Shown here one piece after another: positions 49,319-61,209 of a stretch of DNA of 64,000 bases. The stretch covers positions 120,590,001 through 120,654,000 of the forward strand of contig NC_087437.1 of the NCBI RefSeq assembly GCF_036321535.1. Direction: 5' to 3'. The position numbers were made by a program, and so were the translations under genes. Each line of letters starts with the position of its first letter. Positions within the stretch are counted from its first letter, which is position 1. The notes below the pieces were generated by a model. It made no database searches. It saw nothing but the letters and a program-made list of their open reading frames with translations, and was not told the DNA's origin. This DNA comes from Camelus dromedarius (taxonomy: Eukaryota).

Positions 49319-51374
49319 GACATGCCAGGCGGGGAGGGGAGCAGAGTCACTAGGTCTTTGGTCTGCTGAGACAAGTCAGAAATCTGGATCTTTATATGCA
49401 GTTACTTATCTTTAACAAACTGTGCAGGCAAATGAAAAATGTTCCTGCCTGGATTTAGCCTGTGGGCTACTATTTTTACAATTTCTGGTCTAAAATGCTT
49501 ATTTAATTTTCAAAATAAAGTGAGCCAATTAAATGAGGACAAAGTGGGCACTTTCAAAATGTGTGGGAAAAGCAAAGAACAGAAACCCAAGACTCTGTGT
49601 ACAGATGAAAACTGATACAACTGTCTTTTGCGTCTGAAGCACGGCTGCTGGGAGCAGGGTGGGTCCGTGGAGCTGGCGGAGGGGAAGGGCAGGTAGAACC
49701 CAGAGCAGCGTCTGTTGAGGAATGCAAGAGCTCCTAGGTCTCCGTGTACAGGTCGGAGGCCCTAAGAGCCATGTGAGGATGGAATCTGCAAAAAATAATG
49801 TTTACCAAATGCACCCGTACATTTACCAGAAGGCAGGTGGAACGTTCTGCGTCCACCCTCCTGGTTCACTAGTAGAGTCGTGCGGCCCTCGGGTGTGCTC
49901 GGAGTGGACCGCTGGGCGGGCAGGTCCAGGTGGGTTAGAATTTACACGGTGATCCTGGGCTGTTTCCCAGAACGATGGCCCCGGACTACACAGCCACCCC
50001 TAGTGTGTAAGTGGACCCACGTGCTCTTCAGCACATGGTGTTGGCAATAATTTTTGCGAATAGAATGGATGCAAAATACGTGACTGTGGCCTTGCTCCAC
50101 ACCCCTGCCCAGTGCAGCCGGGCAGCTCCCGTGCTCACCTAGATGCGCGCGCTCCTCCGCGTGCTCCTTCGCCCCCTCCGGCTGGGCGGGAGCCTTGTCT
50201 CACGTGTGCCCTGTAGCTCTAGGTGCCGTGCCTTCTTACACATTCAGGTTGGGTCCTTTGTCGTAACGCGTGCGTCTGGCGCCTTTCCTAGCCACGTCTT
50301 GTCTTTTTACTTTACTTAATTTTGACGAATAGAAATTCTTAATTTAATGTAGAATTTGGCTTTTTTCTTTTACGGGTAATGCCATAAAATAATGTGGGGA
50401 CAGAGGCCCCCTACTTGCCACCACACAGAGTCCACTCCTGGGGGACTCAGGGCTTCAGTGTGGAAAGCAAACCGCACAACTTCTGGAAGGAAACACAGAA
50501 TGCGCCAGCGAGCCCAGGGCGGGAGGGGCTTCTTAGCGGCGCTCAAAAGAGGCGTTGCCCGTAACAGGAGTCCTGCCTCCTGTCCTCAGCGAGTCGGCCC
50601 TCCTTCCCTGCCGGCCCCAGATGCCACTGCAGCCACAGGCCCAGTCCCCTCCGTTCGGCTCTCTGTCCCGCCGGGCGCCCCCCGCCCGCTGCTTCTTGCT
50701 TTTTGCCTTTCTGTGTGCGCGTTTAAACGGTTTGTCACATTCATGGAAACCTTTGTCAGGATTTGGAATGAAGCTGTACGGATCCTGCGGACCTGCTGAG
50801 GGGAGCTCTCATCTTTACGGCTGAAGTCCTCCTGCTGTGAACCTGCGTCTGCCTCCGTCAGTGTAGCTTTTAGACGGCGTCCGACGAGGCTCCATGTGCC
50901 CTGTTCCACAGGCTGCCCTGCACCCCACGGGCACGTTTATTCCCAGCTGTCCTTAGTATTTTTGTTGCTTTCTTAAGTGGTATTTAAATTTTTTATTTTA
51001 AAATGTTTCTGATTCTCGGTGCTGAACAGAAACGCAGTTGATTTGGGGAATCGGTTTGACAGCTGGCCACCTTGCCAGTCTCTGTTTCTGAAACTCTGTT
51101 TGTAGGTTTGGGGATTTTCTGTGCGGACATCCCTTTCATCTGGGAATGGTGGCGGCTTCGTTTCTTCCTCCTGCCTGTAACGGTGCCCTCCTGCTTTCCT
51201 GCCTGGGCCGGGGCCGTCAGGGCCGTGCCAGGTGGAAGTGCGGTGAGGCATTCCTGTCTCGCTCCTGGTTTTTGGGAAATGCTGTTCAGCCGTCCCGTGT
51301 TGGTACAGACACCGAGGCTGCCCGGCTCTGAAGCCTCCGCCTTCCCCTGGGAACAGGGGAGCAAACAAACAGAG

Positions 51375-52010
51375 AAGATAGAGATGAAGAGCTGAAAGAC
51401 TTACCTTCACCGGTCACCAGGGAGATGCAGAAATAAGAGCACAGTGAGAGGCCGGCCGGCCTGTGAGGGCACAGGGAGCGCGGCCACGATGCAAAGAGGC
51501 TGCCGGGGCCCCGGGGGTGCTCAGACGTGCGCAAGCAGAGTGCTGGTGTAAGCGTGAACAGGTGTGCATTAGAGACTTGCCGGCCGTGTCTGCAAAGGAC
51601 TTTCACACCTGGGTGCCCCTCGTGTGTGCTCCCCCGGACGTCTGGGCGCCCCCGGGCTGGGCCGAACGCCCACAGCAGCACACCTAACAATGGCAGACCC
51701 TGCAAACGCTCCAAACAAAAGGAGAAATAGCTCACACAGCGGGAAGTGGCTCCAACCCCAGGTGAATGTGCATGAATCCGGCCTGCGGGCTGAGCAGGGA
51801 GTGCGGCCCTGGGTGCTCGCCCTGGATTCTGTTCACGTGGCCAGGTGTCTGTGCCACTGGCGTCCAGGGTGCGGCTGTCAGCAGGCTGGGCGGCTGGGCG
51901 GGGACACTGGGCTTGTAGGGGCACTGGAAACGTTTTCTCTCTCCATCCAGGTGTTGGTGACACGGGTGTGTCTGAGGGGGTGGATGTGTAAGCTGACCTT
52001 GACCCGGGCG
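51375..52010 (+). mobile_element. Second L1 (L1MC/ME) 3' fragment nested in the antisense L1
   Basis: GTCACCAGGGAGATGCAGAAATAAGAGCACAGTGAGA and GGTGTTGGTGACACGGGTGTGT motifs. Confidence 0.65.
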
Positions 52011-53587
52011 GGGCCACAGGGGCCTCTCCTGGCAAATATGGGAGGCCCAGGTTCAGCCTCCCGAGGGGCCAAGAGATGGCCACCTTCAAGGAGAGAAAAG
52101 CAGGTGGCCGGCGACTCTTCGGGAGAGCAACCAGTGCCCGTTAGACACGAGAGGGACTCAGGAAAGAAAATGGGCCACAGACTGTGTCCCTACGCTGCCC
52201 TTCTGGGGCGCATGGAGCTCAGGGGCCGCGTTTGTAGAAGCCCTTCTGGGAGGCGTCTGAAGGACAGGCTGCCGCCCGCTACACAATGACAGGGGAGTCG
52301 GGGCCGGTTACCCCCAGGTGGGGTCAGCTGGGCGGTGACAAGCACTGTCCCAGGAGACGGCTGGTGTGAGAGTGGAGGGACTGGAGGGAGGTGGAGAGAG
52401 GAGGGCCCGTTGCCAGGTTCTGTGGCTGGGGACCAAAGTAGACAGACCCTGCATGGCAGTTGGTGTGTTTCGGAGTGAACTGGGGAGCCCTAACATTGTC
52501 GGCACAGCTGGGAAGAAAGGGGAGGGGCTGTCGTTCCTCAAACCCAGCCATTCCACATCCCTGAGCTGGGCACGCTCTGCCCAGGAGGCTCTGGAGGAGG
52601 GGCGGGGGGGCTTCACCGCTACACGGCCCCAGGGCTTCTATCCTTGGGCTGGGCAGCCGCACGCCTGGGGCCCTTTACAGGTGTGAGGCGACCTAGGCAG
52701 GGCTGTGCGTCTCAGCGCTGGTGACTCGGGGGCCTGTCTCGGGGCCCTGGCCGGAGGAGCAGGAAGTGCCCACAGACCTGGACGCTGTGCACCTTGAGGA
52801 TGAGGCCGCCCTCCTGCCTACAGGGGACCCAGGGCAGAGGGCAGGGCTTGGAGCCCTGTGTGTGGAATGGGGGAGAGGTGAGACCACCCCCGGGGGAGAC
52901 CCAGGGGATAAGCAGTCACTTCTCCCAAGGGCTGGGACGGCGCAGCAGGGCGGGGTCACAGCGTGTTGATGCGTCTTGGATTGAGTTACCCGTTTAAACC
53001 CATGATGTTTACAAGAAAGAGAACGCTTAGTTTTCTGTAGATCCCCCTTTCAGCTTGAGAAGGTTCCCTTGTTTATATGAATATTTTACTGAAAAAGTTG
53101 TTTTATCAAAGACTTTTTCTGCGTGTGTTAAGCTGACCCCGTAAGATTTTCTCCCTTTAATGGTTAGTTCGTGAAGTACTGAGCAGATTTCCTTGCTTCT
53201 CAGGAACCGTCCCGTCTTGGCCATGACACATCACTCTTTGTTGCATTACTGTGTTTGGTTTGTCAGTACTTTGCTTAGCATTTTTCGCACCTGTGTCCGG
53301 AAGTGCACGCGCCTTACAGTTGTCCGTCACTGTGCTGTCCCCGTCTGGGTTTGGTGCTGGCTCGCGCTGGTCTCACCGCGAGTGGGCGGCGCTGCCACCG
53401 TCGCTGTTGTCCAAGGAGCACATGTGAGACCGAGGTTGTGTGTTTCTTTCGCAGCTTCTTGGTCTGGGCCTGGCTTTCATGCAGATAGATTTTCTCGTCC
53501 TGGTCCATCACTTTAATAGTTGCAGGTTTGTTCAGCTTTTCCAATCCTTTTTGCGTAAGATTTGGCATTATTTTTCTAGTGGTGATA

Positions 53588-54098
53588 TGCATCGGTTATC
53601 TGTTGCTGTGTAACAAATGACCTCCACACTTGCTGGCTTTAGACAACAACAGCTACCAGCTCTCGCGTCTGTGGTCCAGCAACCCAGCAGCCTCGCTGTG
53701 TCCCCCGGCTCAGGGCCCCTCACGGGCTGGGACGGAGGTGCTGCCGGGGGCTGTGGCCTTATCTGAAGGCTCAGCAGGGCAGGGTCCCTCTTCAAGTTCA
53801 CTCATGGGGTTGTTGTCAGGACTCGGGTCCTTGCCAGTGGGTGTCCTGAGGGTCCCCGCAGCCTGGCGACTTGTCCGTCAGAGTGAGGTGGTGGGGAGAG
53901 AGCGGGGAGGGGAGAGGGGAGCGAGCTCGCCAGCAAGACCAGGACCAAGAGCTTGTAAACCTCGTCTCGGGGGCAGCCCCCCTGCTTTTGTGGTACTTTT
54001 TGTTGGGAGCCAGTGACCAGGTCTAGCCCCACCTCAAGGGTGCAGGTCTCACAAGGATGTGACCCGTGGGGCCATCTGAGAGCTCTCCGCCCCGTATC
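53588..54098 (-). mobile_element. MLT1F/G-like MaLR LTR nested in L1
   Basis: TTATCTGTTGCTGTGTAACAAAT...CTTCAAGTTCACTCA...CCCACCTCAAGGG...ACAAGGATGTGA. Confidence 0.75.
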
Positions 54099-56569
54099 CA
54101 TGTCAGTAAAGCTGTCAGTGCCTTGCTACAGAGGTCATAATCTCCCAATTTTTAAATCTCTGCCGCAGCTGACATCAGGCTCGCCTCCCACTCCTGGTCT
54201 TGGTTTTGCTTTTCTTTTCTGTTGATTCACCTCGGCAGGGCTTCACAGGCTCACTGCTGTGCACACGGAGCTTCGTAGATCCACCCCTCGTACTTCTGTT
54301 TCCTGTGTCGTTAACTTTTCCTTTTGTTGTCAGCGTTTCTTTCCCCGCTTCTTGGGTTTTTTTCTGGTGTTCTCTTTATAGGTTATTGAGCTGAAAGTGT
54401 AACTTCTTTTTTACTTTTTCTAAGCATAATTTCTTAATTTTCAGACTTCATTTCTATCATAAGCATTTAAGGCTGCAACATTCCTTCCTGATTTCCATCC
54501 TGCCGTCCTGTGCTTTGTGTATCTTGGTGTGCAGTAATGACACTGTTCAATTCCTGAGAATTTAAAAGCTTGTTGTTACTCTCCTGCACCCGCCAAGTCC
54601 TCATGCCTGTGGTTCTGTTCCCATCTGATTCACTCCCTACTGTGTGTCCAGGTTGCGTCTCAGTAGCCCCTGACCTGTCCCTGTCACTCCCCTGCCCCCG
54701 GGCCCCGTGGTGATGCCTGCTGAGGCCACCTCCTCTTCCTTGGTGCCCCCTACACTGGCCTCGGGTTCTCCACTGAGTCGCGCTGCACCTCGGACCTTGG
54801 CCTGGGGAGTTTGTGCTCGACGTGCAGCCTGCTGTCACGAGGCTGGAGGCCTCCCCCACCGCAAGTCTGCCCCTTGGGCACACGCGCCCCGTACGATCAC
54901 ACAAGCACACATGCACACGCACACGCGCACACGTGTGGACCACGTCTGCGGACCTTCTTCACGGCCCACTTCCATCAGGCCCATCCCACAGCTGACCCTC
55001 GCCCTCCTCCCCAGCCCTGCCCTGAGCGCTGCCCTGACTCCCTGTGTGTACTGAGGCTGCCTCCCTGCCTGGGAGCAGGTGAGGGCGAGGCCTGCCTGCG
55101 GCCGCTGGGCACAGGCTCAGCTCACCGGGGGCTTGACCGGCACGTGGCCGACTCTCCCCGGGACAAGACCGCGCCTGCGCCCCCACCAGGAGCGACTGAA
55201 CGAACACCCCACTCTGGGTGCCTAACAGTTTCCTCGTTTCTGCTTCACTTTCCAGTTCTGGGATGTAACGTGCTGCGAGTGTGTGAAATTCACAGGCACC
55301 TAACCGATGCTGGCCCCCGTCTGTGAAGGCCAGCGGCGCCCGTAGGTGGCGGTGACTGGCCTTTCCTCTGTGGGGGTGTGGGATGGACCACTGGGGCGTC
55401 TCCCCCAGGAGTTAGCGAGGGTCAGAAAGCATCACGTGTGAAGGGGCTTCGTAAGGCGGGGGTGCTGCTCATGGGGTGAGTGGCCAGGCCTGGGGGCTGC
55501 CCAGGGGTGACGGCTCGGAGGGCAAGCAGGAACAGACACGGGCTGAGCTCTGCCCTGCCTGTCCCCAAACTGGCCACCGTGTCCTCGGGCAGCTGACAAG
55601 GGTCCCAGCCGCCTCTCCTCTGATGCCTCCCCTCGGGTGCAGAGCAGACAGTGGTGGGTTCTGTCCATCCGTGTCACTCTCTGTTCTGCAGAAGCACGTG
55701 GCAGGGGACTCGGCCGTGTCCGGGAGAGGCGGGTTTCCCTTGCCGGGCCACGCTGGGTGCCTGGCTGTCCCCGCGGTCAGCGCGGGCCGGGGCCAGCTTC
55801 ACGCTCCCTTGCTGCTGAATCGTCTCCTGGCTCAGCACTTCTGGGAAGAGCGTCTCTTCCCCGGAACCGCCGGCCCGAGGGCAGCAGAGCCGTTGGCCCG
55901 AGCTCCCGGGGAGGCACCTGCAGGGCCGTGGAGCGGGAGCAGGGCAGGCGCCCGGTCCATCCGTCCCTGAGCGGCTCTGAGGCTTCTCCCCAGGGATGTG
56001 AGGCTGCGTTTGTGCGCCCCTGGGAGAAGCCGAGCTCAGCGTCAGGCTTTCGGTGACGCGGGCCGAAGCGGGCCTGCCCCGCTGTGCGGTCAGGGTCTCT
56101 GCTGGGCTCAGAGGACAATCGCGCCTCCTCAGCAGTTTTATTAGTGTGCGTGTGGGTGTCACATAGACACCTGTGGCCTTTTGAAAATAAATGTCAAAAT
56201 ATGCAACCACACTTACGGGAGGGCGGTTTTATGTAAAACGGTGACTTTTGCCACTTACTCTATTTATTTACACACACATCCACCAAAAATCAGAACAGGC
56301 ACGTAGGTCGACGGCAGCAGCGACCCCCGCACCCGCGCCGACGCCGGGGGAGCAGGCAGTGACGCCTGGACGTTTCTGACGCGCTTTCCCTGGTGTTGCG
56401 TCTGGTTCGACCCACGTGACACGTAGCGGGGTGTCTGTCAACCGTGCTCAGCAGGAGAGGTTTGTTAGAGGTGGGGGGGTGATTGCAGAGCAGATCCTTC
56501 CCAGCTGGGAGGTAGGGGGCCAGGGAGACAGAGACGCGGGGTTGGGGGGAGCAGTGGTCAGGAGTTGTC

Positions 56570-56780
56570 GGGGTGGGTTGCACACTGATTTCACAATGTG
56601 GGGAAAAAAGTAAAATGTCTCCCTGATGTTCTTTTATATGAATACACGTTGAAATAATATGTTGGATGCATTGGGTGGGATAAAATGTAGTACCAAGTTG
56701 CGTTTGCTTGCTTCTTTGTGCGCTGCTGCTGGGGGATTTAAGGTTGCACTCTAGGCCCCGTCGTGTGTCCCTTGGACGTT
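56570..56780 (-). mobile_element. MER33 hAT-Charlie fragment
   Basis: GTAAAATGTCTCC...ACACGTTGAAATAATATGTTGGATGCATTGGG...TAAAATGTAG matches MER33. Confidence 0.6.
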
Positions 56781-58689
56781 AATTATCAGTAATGGGCTAT
56801 TTGGGAATGTCTTCTTTACTGTGTGGAAATGGGTTTCAGTGCTTGTCCACCGCCAAAATTTCAAAAGGATGTGTGCTACAATCTGGACATGCTCTGCGTG
56901 TGGGAACCCCGGGCCCTGGTGGGCGTGGCGTGGTGGGGGTTGGGGGAGACAGGCTGGGGACGTCTCCCGGTCGTGTCTGGCAGGCACCTGCTTTCCTGGA
57001 CCGGTCATTGTGTGTGATGACAGGGCTCTGCTGTGTTTGCTCTGAGTGGGGTCAGGCTCTGAGCTCTGAGAGCAGGAGCCCAGTGAGACGCAGGGTGGGA
57101 CCCACCCTTCAGAACTACCAGCTGTGCTGCAGACACCAGCCCCCAGTGACACAGAAGTTCCTGTGCAGCGAGTGGGAAGGTCTGGGAGACTCACCGGCCC
57201 TCGGGCCCTCGATGTGGCCCAGCCCCACTGCCGTCATCTGTCCTCGGGGCCCTGGGGCCTCCGTTTGTCCTTGTCTTGCGGCCCATGTGGGTTCCCCGGA
57301 GGCACCACGACCGGAGGAGCAGCCGCCTTCCTTGGCTGGGAGCGTTTTGCACATGGACGTGTTGGGGAAGAGGTGACCAGGCAGTTGGGAAAATGACACA
57401 GCGGGGTTCCCTCTTGTCCCCTCTGGGTGGCGATTCTGGGCCTGGGCTCAGGGGCCCCCTGGAGGCCAACCTGCATGGATTGGGTCTCTGGGGAGGGCGC
57501 ACATGGCCCAGAGCGAGGTGGCCACAGCTCTGGGCTCCCCAGGCCACTCTGGCCCCGGGACAGGAAGGCCATCAGCCCAGGGCAGCTGCTCCTCCTGCTC
57601 AGCCGCTGGTCCTGGAGAGTCGGCCATGGTCCTGGCTCAGCAGCCCCGAGGAGCTTGAGGTCCCGTGTTGGGACCTCTCTGCCGCGGGCCTGGGTGTCTG
57701 TCTCCCAAAGGGACACCCTTGACCAGCTGGTCCTTACTGTCACCAGGTCATGGATGTCCCAGAATAGTCTTGGGGTTGGGGGGCCCACGTGCAGCCCCCA
57801 CCACGTGTGTCATGAGGACACTTGACTGCAAGCGGGTGACGCAGGAGATGCCTCTTTCAGTAAATCAGCTTTTCATACTCAACTCATTCGTGTAAGACGA
57901 ACAACATGTAGAACGGGAGTCTCTCGTTCCGTCCGTATTTCCCACAGTCTCTCAGCGGAGCCACCAGGCAGCCCCTCCCTGACCCTCGGCCGGCCTGCGT
58001 GGACCGTGCAGTCAGGGCGGCCACCCTGGACCGGGCGGCAGGCCGCGTGCGGCTGGGGCTGGGCTGGGACAGCCAAGGTGGGGCAGCCTGTGTTGGCGGC
58101 GTGGCTCCTTGTGCGCTGTGACCCTGTCTGCTCCCTTCTCCTCCGACCCTTGACAATCCGTTAACAGCAATGCCCTCTGTTTTCTTCAAAGCAGAGTCTT
58201 CGCCCTTTGTCGGGAAACACTGGTCTTCCTGAAGAACAGGGGTTGCCTTGGGCCTGTGACTGGGCGTGGCAGCAGGACTGTGGGTCTGGACGGTCAGTGT
58301 CCCCTGGGCCCACAGCGGTGTGGTGGCTGCCTCCCTTCAGGTTCCCTGCAGGGTGGGGCTGGGACCAGCGCAGAAGCTCCGGGGTGTCAGACACTCTCTT
58401 CACGCCTGCTGTCAGCCCTCCACCCAGATGCACACCGGCTCTCCCAGCCCTTCCTTGGTTCTTGAACAAACAACGCTCAGGTAAATTTCTCCTCTCCTTC
58501 TGAGGAGGGAGACGATGTCTCCTGTCCTGCGGGTCTGAGGGCCCGGCTCCGGCCAGGCAGGCCCGGAGGTGCCAGGGGCCTGCGAGGGGGGCGCTCCCAG
58601 GTGAGGGGCCACGGTGGAGGGCCTGGGTTTGTGGTGACCTCTGCTCCAGCTGTTTAAGGGCTGCAGTGTTCACTGGGCTTTCTGCATCT

Positions 58690-60780
58690 TCTTAAGGTTT
58701 TGTCAGTTATTCTTCCTAGGAACTTGCCCTGAGCTAACACTTTCAAGCGTATTACTCTAAGCTGTTCACAGTTCCCTCTTGTTTAGACAAATCCGCAGCG
58801 TCTGGCTGCGCCCTCTCCTCTCTCTGGACGCCATCCGTGACGCCTCTCTCCATGTTGGTCCTTTGGCTGAAACTGCCAGTTTCACTGATTCTTTCAAATG
58901 ACCACCTTCGTGGCTTTCTCTGTTTTTTTTTTCATCAGTTTCTGTTTTCTAAATTATTTCCTTCCTCTCTTTTGTCTTTCTAACTTATGTTTTTCGTTTT
59001 TCGCTCTCAGCCTTCTGACGTTTTCTAGCACACACTCAGCGTGACCCTTAGCCGCGGCCTCAGGGACGTGATGTTATATCTTCTTGTTACTGTTCCGTTC
59101 AATAGATTTTCTAATTCCGAATTGATTTATTTTTGATTGTTGATAACTGTTTTGAATTTCTAAGCATATGAGGACTTTTCCAAATATCTTTTTGTGGCCT
59201 TTCTTTAAGTGTCCGTGCGTTTTGGTCAGAGAATATGCTCTGATTGGTGCCTGTGTTTTGGCATTTGTTGAGACTCGCTCTGTGGCCCAGCATGTGGTCA
59301 GATTTTGGAAGTACTCTGTGCTTCTTTGAAAAGACTGTGTTCTGCAGTTGGTGGGGTTAGTTTTTGGTGAGCTCACTAAGTTTATTAATCGCGTTGTGTA
59401 AACCTTCAGTATCAGGCATTGGCAAACTGCAGCCCATGGGCCAAATCTGGCCCACCACCCGTTTCTAGAAATAAAGTTTAATGAGATCCCAGCCACACCC
59501 GTTGGTTTATGTATTGTCTGTGGCTGTTTCGCAGTATGACTGGCTAAGTTGTTTCAACAGAGACCACCTGAAGAACTCAAAATATTTGCTCTCTGGCCCT
59601 TTCCAGAAAACGTCTCCAACTCTTGCATCCTCATTGGTTTCTCATGTCTACCTGCTTTATCGACTACTGAGCGAGGTCTGTTAGAATCCCCAGCTATCAC
59701 GGTGGATCTGCCTGTTCAGTTGTGCGTTTCTGTCAAGTTTTGCTTTATGTGTTTGGGGCTGCGTTACCAGTGGCACAGGTTTACAATTGCTGTATCTCCT
59801 TTGTGAACGACGTGTCTGTCACGTGAAGGCATCTGTCTCCTGGGGGGGTTTCTGCCCACAGTCGGCTCTGTCAGAAGTTCACGTAGCTGAACCTTTGGGA
59901 AATAACTGCCTTGTATCCTCCTTCTGTTTTATTTTTACCCTTTTGTATCTTTATATCTTAGATGTAGCTTGTGCACAGCCTATGATTAAAGTATTTTTTT
60001 AATTGAAGTTTGGTTAATCTTTTTAAGTCTGACAATTAAAAACTTTTAACAGGAGTTTTCATTTGGTTTACTTTAAATGTGATTACAGATGGATTTGTTT
60101 AAATCTGCTGTCTTATGTTTTGTTATCTGTGCTGTATTTTTTTCTTTCTTTCTCCTTTCTTGTTTTTTTCAAGTTAATTATTGATCCTTTCATTTTTTGG
60201 ACCATTTTTTCTACAATTAGGAAGTTATAGACTCTTACTGTTTTTCTGATGGTTTTCCCAGAAATTACAACATTCTTACTTGTCAGAAATCTGAGATCAC
60301 CTAGTACTTTACTCCTCAGGGTGCCGAGGGCCCGACAACACCCCTGACCCCCCCCCCCGCGGCTTGCTGGGGGCCTGATTTTTCACCCCACGAGCCTTCG
60401 TTGCTGCGCCCTCAGTGTTGCTTAATAACCCACAGTATTGCTTTTTTTAGATTTGTAGATGGACCTGCCACTTTCTTTGCTCCTCATTCTTTTTGCATCT
60501 CTGACTTTCCATCCGAGGTCATTTCTTCTGGCTTGAAGTGCACGTGTGAGACGTCCCTTTAGTTCGATTCTGCTGGTGGCAAGCTCTCCCCTTCCCCCTT
60601 CTGTTGAGTTTTACTTGCTCCTTCAGAGATGCATTGGGGGCTGTAGAATCTGGGCTGGCTGCTGAGTTCTTTTAGCACATTGACGACGTCATGCACTGGC
60701 CTTTGACGTCCTTCGTCTGCTAACAGGTCCTTGCCAGGCTGACTCTCCTTTGAAGATAATCTGCTTTTTTTTCTGGCTTT
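58690..60780 (-). mobile_element. Old L1 (ORF1 to endonuclease/linker), antisense
   Basis: TGGTCAGAGAATATGCTCTG...TTTGTTGAGACTCGCTCTGTGGCCCAGCATGTGGTC...TTTGAAAAGACTGTGTTCTGCAGTTG; translation MLGHRASLNKCQ. Confidence 0.8.
59413..59625 (+). mobile_element. MER58A hAT-Charlie DNA transposon nested in L1
   Basis: CAGG...GGCAAACT...GGGCCAAATCTGGCCC...AATAAAGTTT...AAAATATTTGCTCTCTGGCCCTTT. Confidence 0.9.
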
Positions 60781-60781
60781 G

Positions 60782-61200
60782 AGATCAAACTTAAAAACCT
60801 CTGTACTTCAAAGGACACCATCCAGAAAGTGAAAAGACAACACACAGGATGGGAGTAAAAAAATTGCACATCCGAGAGGGGCTTGTCCCAGGGCGTAGAA
60901 GGAGCTCGGGTGCGTCAGAGCCGCCCCTGCCTGAGCGCCAGCGATGCCCTCGGCGTGCTCAGCGTCTCGGGAACAGACACAGACTGAGAAGGGGGGACGG
61001 GGGCGAGCTAAACGCTGCTGTGCTTCTGAGATGCGCCCTCCTGTCCTGTGCTGCCCCTGCCCCCAATACCTAACCGAGTGCAGGAGGGTCGCTGGACACC
61101 TGTTGAGAATTCGCAGGCATCACCCCTTCCGTGCAGCCCCAGCCTCTGTCTCGAGGTGCTGCCCAGTGCTTCTCAGATAAGGTGCAGCCGTCAGATCTGT
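60782..61200 (+). mobile_element. L1MB-type ORF2 fragment
   Basis: AAAAACCTCTGTACTTCAAAGGACACCATCCAGAAAGTGAAAAGACAAC; becomes GC-shifted toward the right. Confidence 0.7.
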
Positions 61201-61209
61201 TAGGGGAGC

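Larger units (their letters stand above)
49830..54620 (-). mobile_element. Fragmented old L1 ORF2 (RT region to 3' end), with nested insertions and a small internal inversion
   Basis: Translations RQEEETKPPPFPDERDVRTENP and SLTHAEKVFDK align to L1 RT ([32 protein letters not shown]). The pieces 49830-51310, 52980-53585 and 54100-54620 are colinear. Confidence 0.8.
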
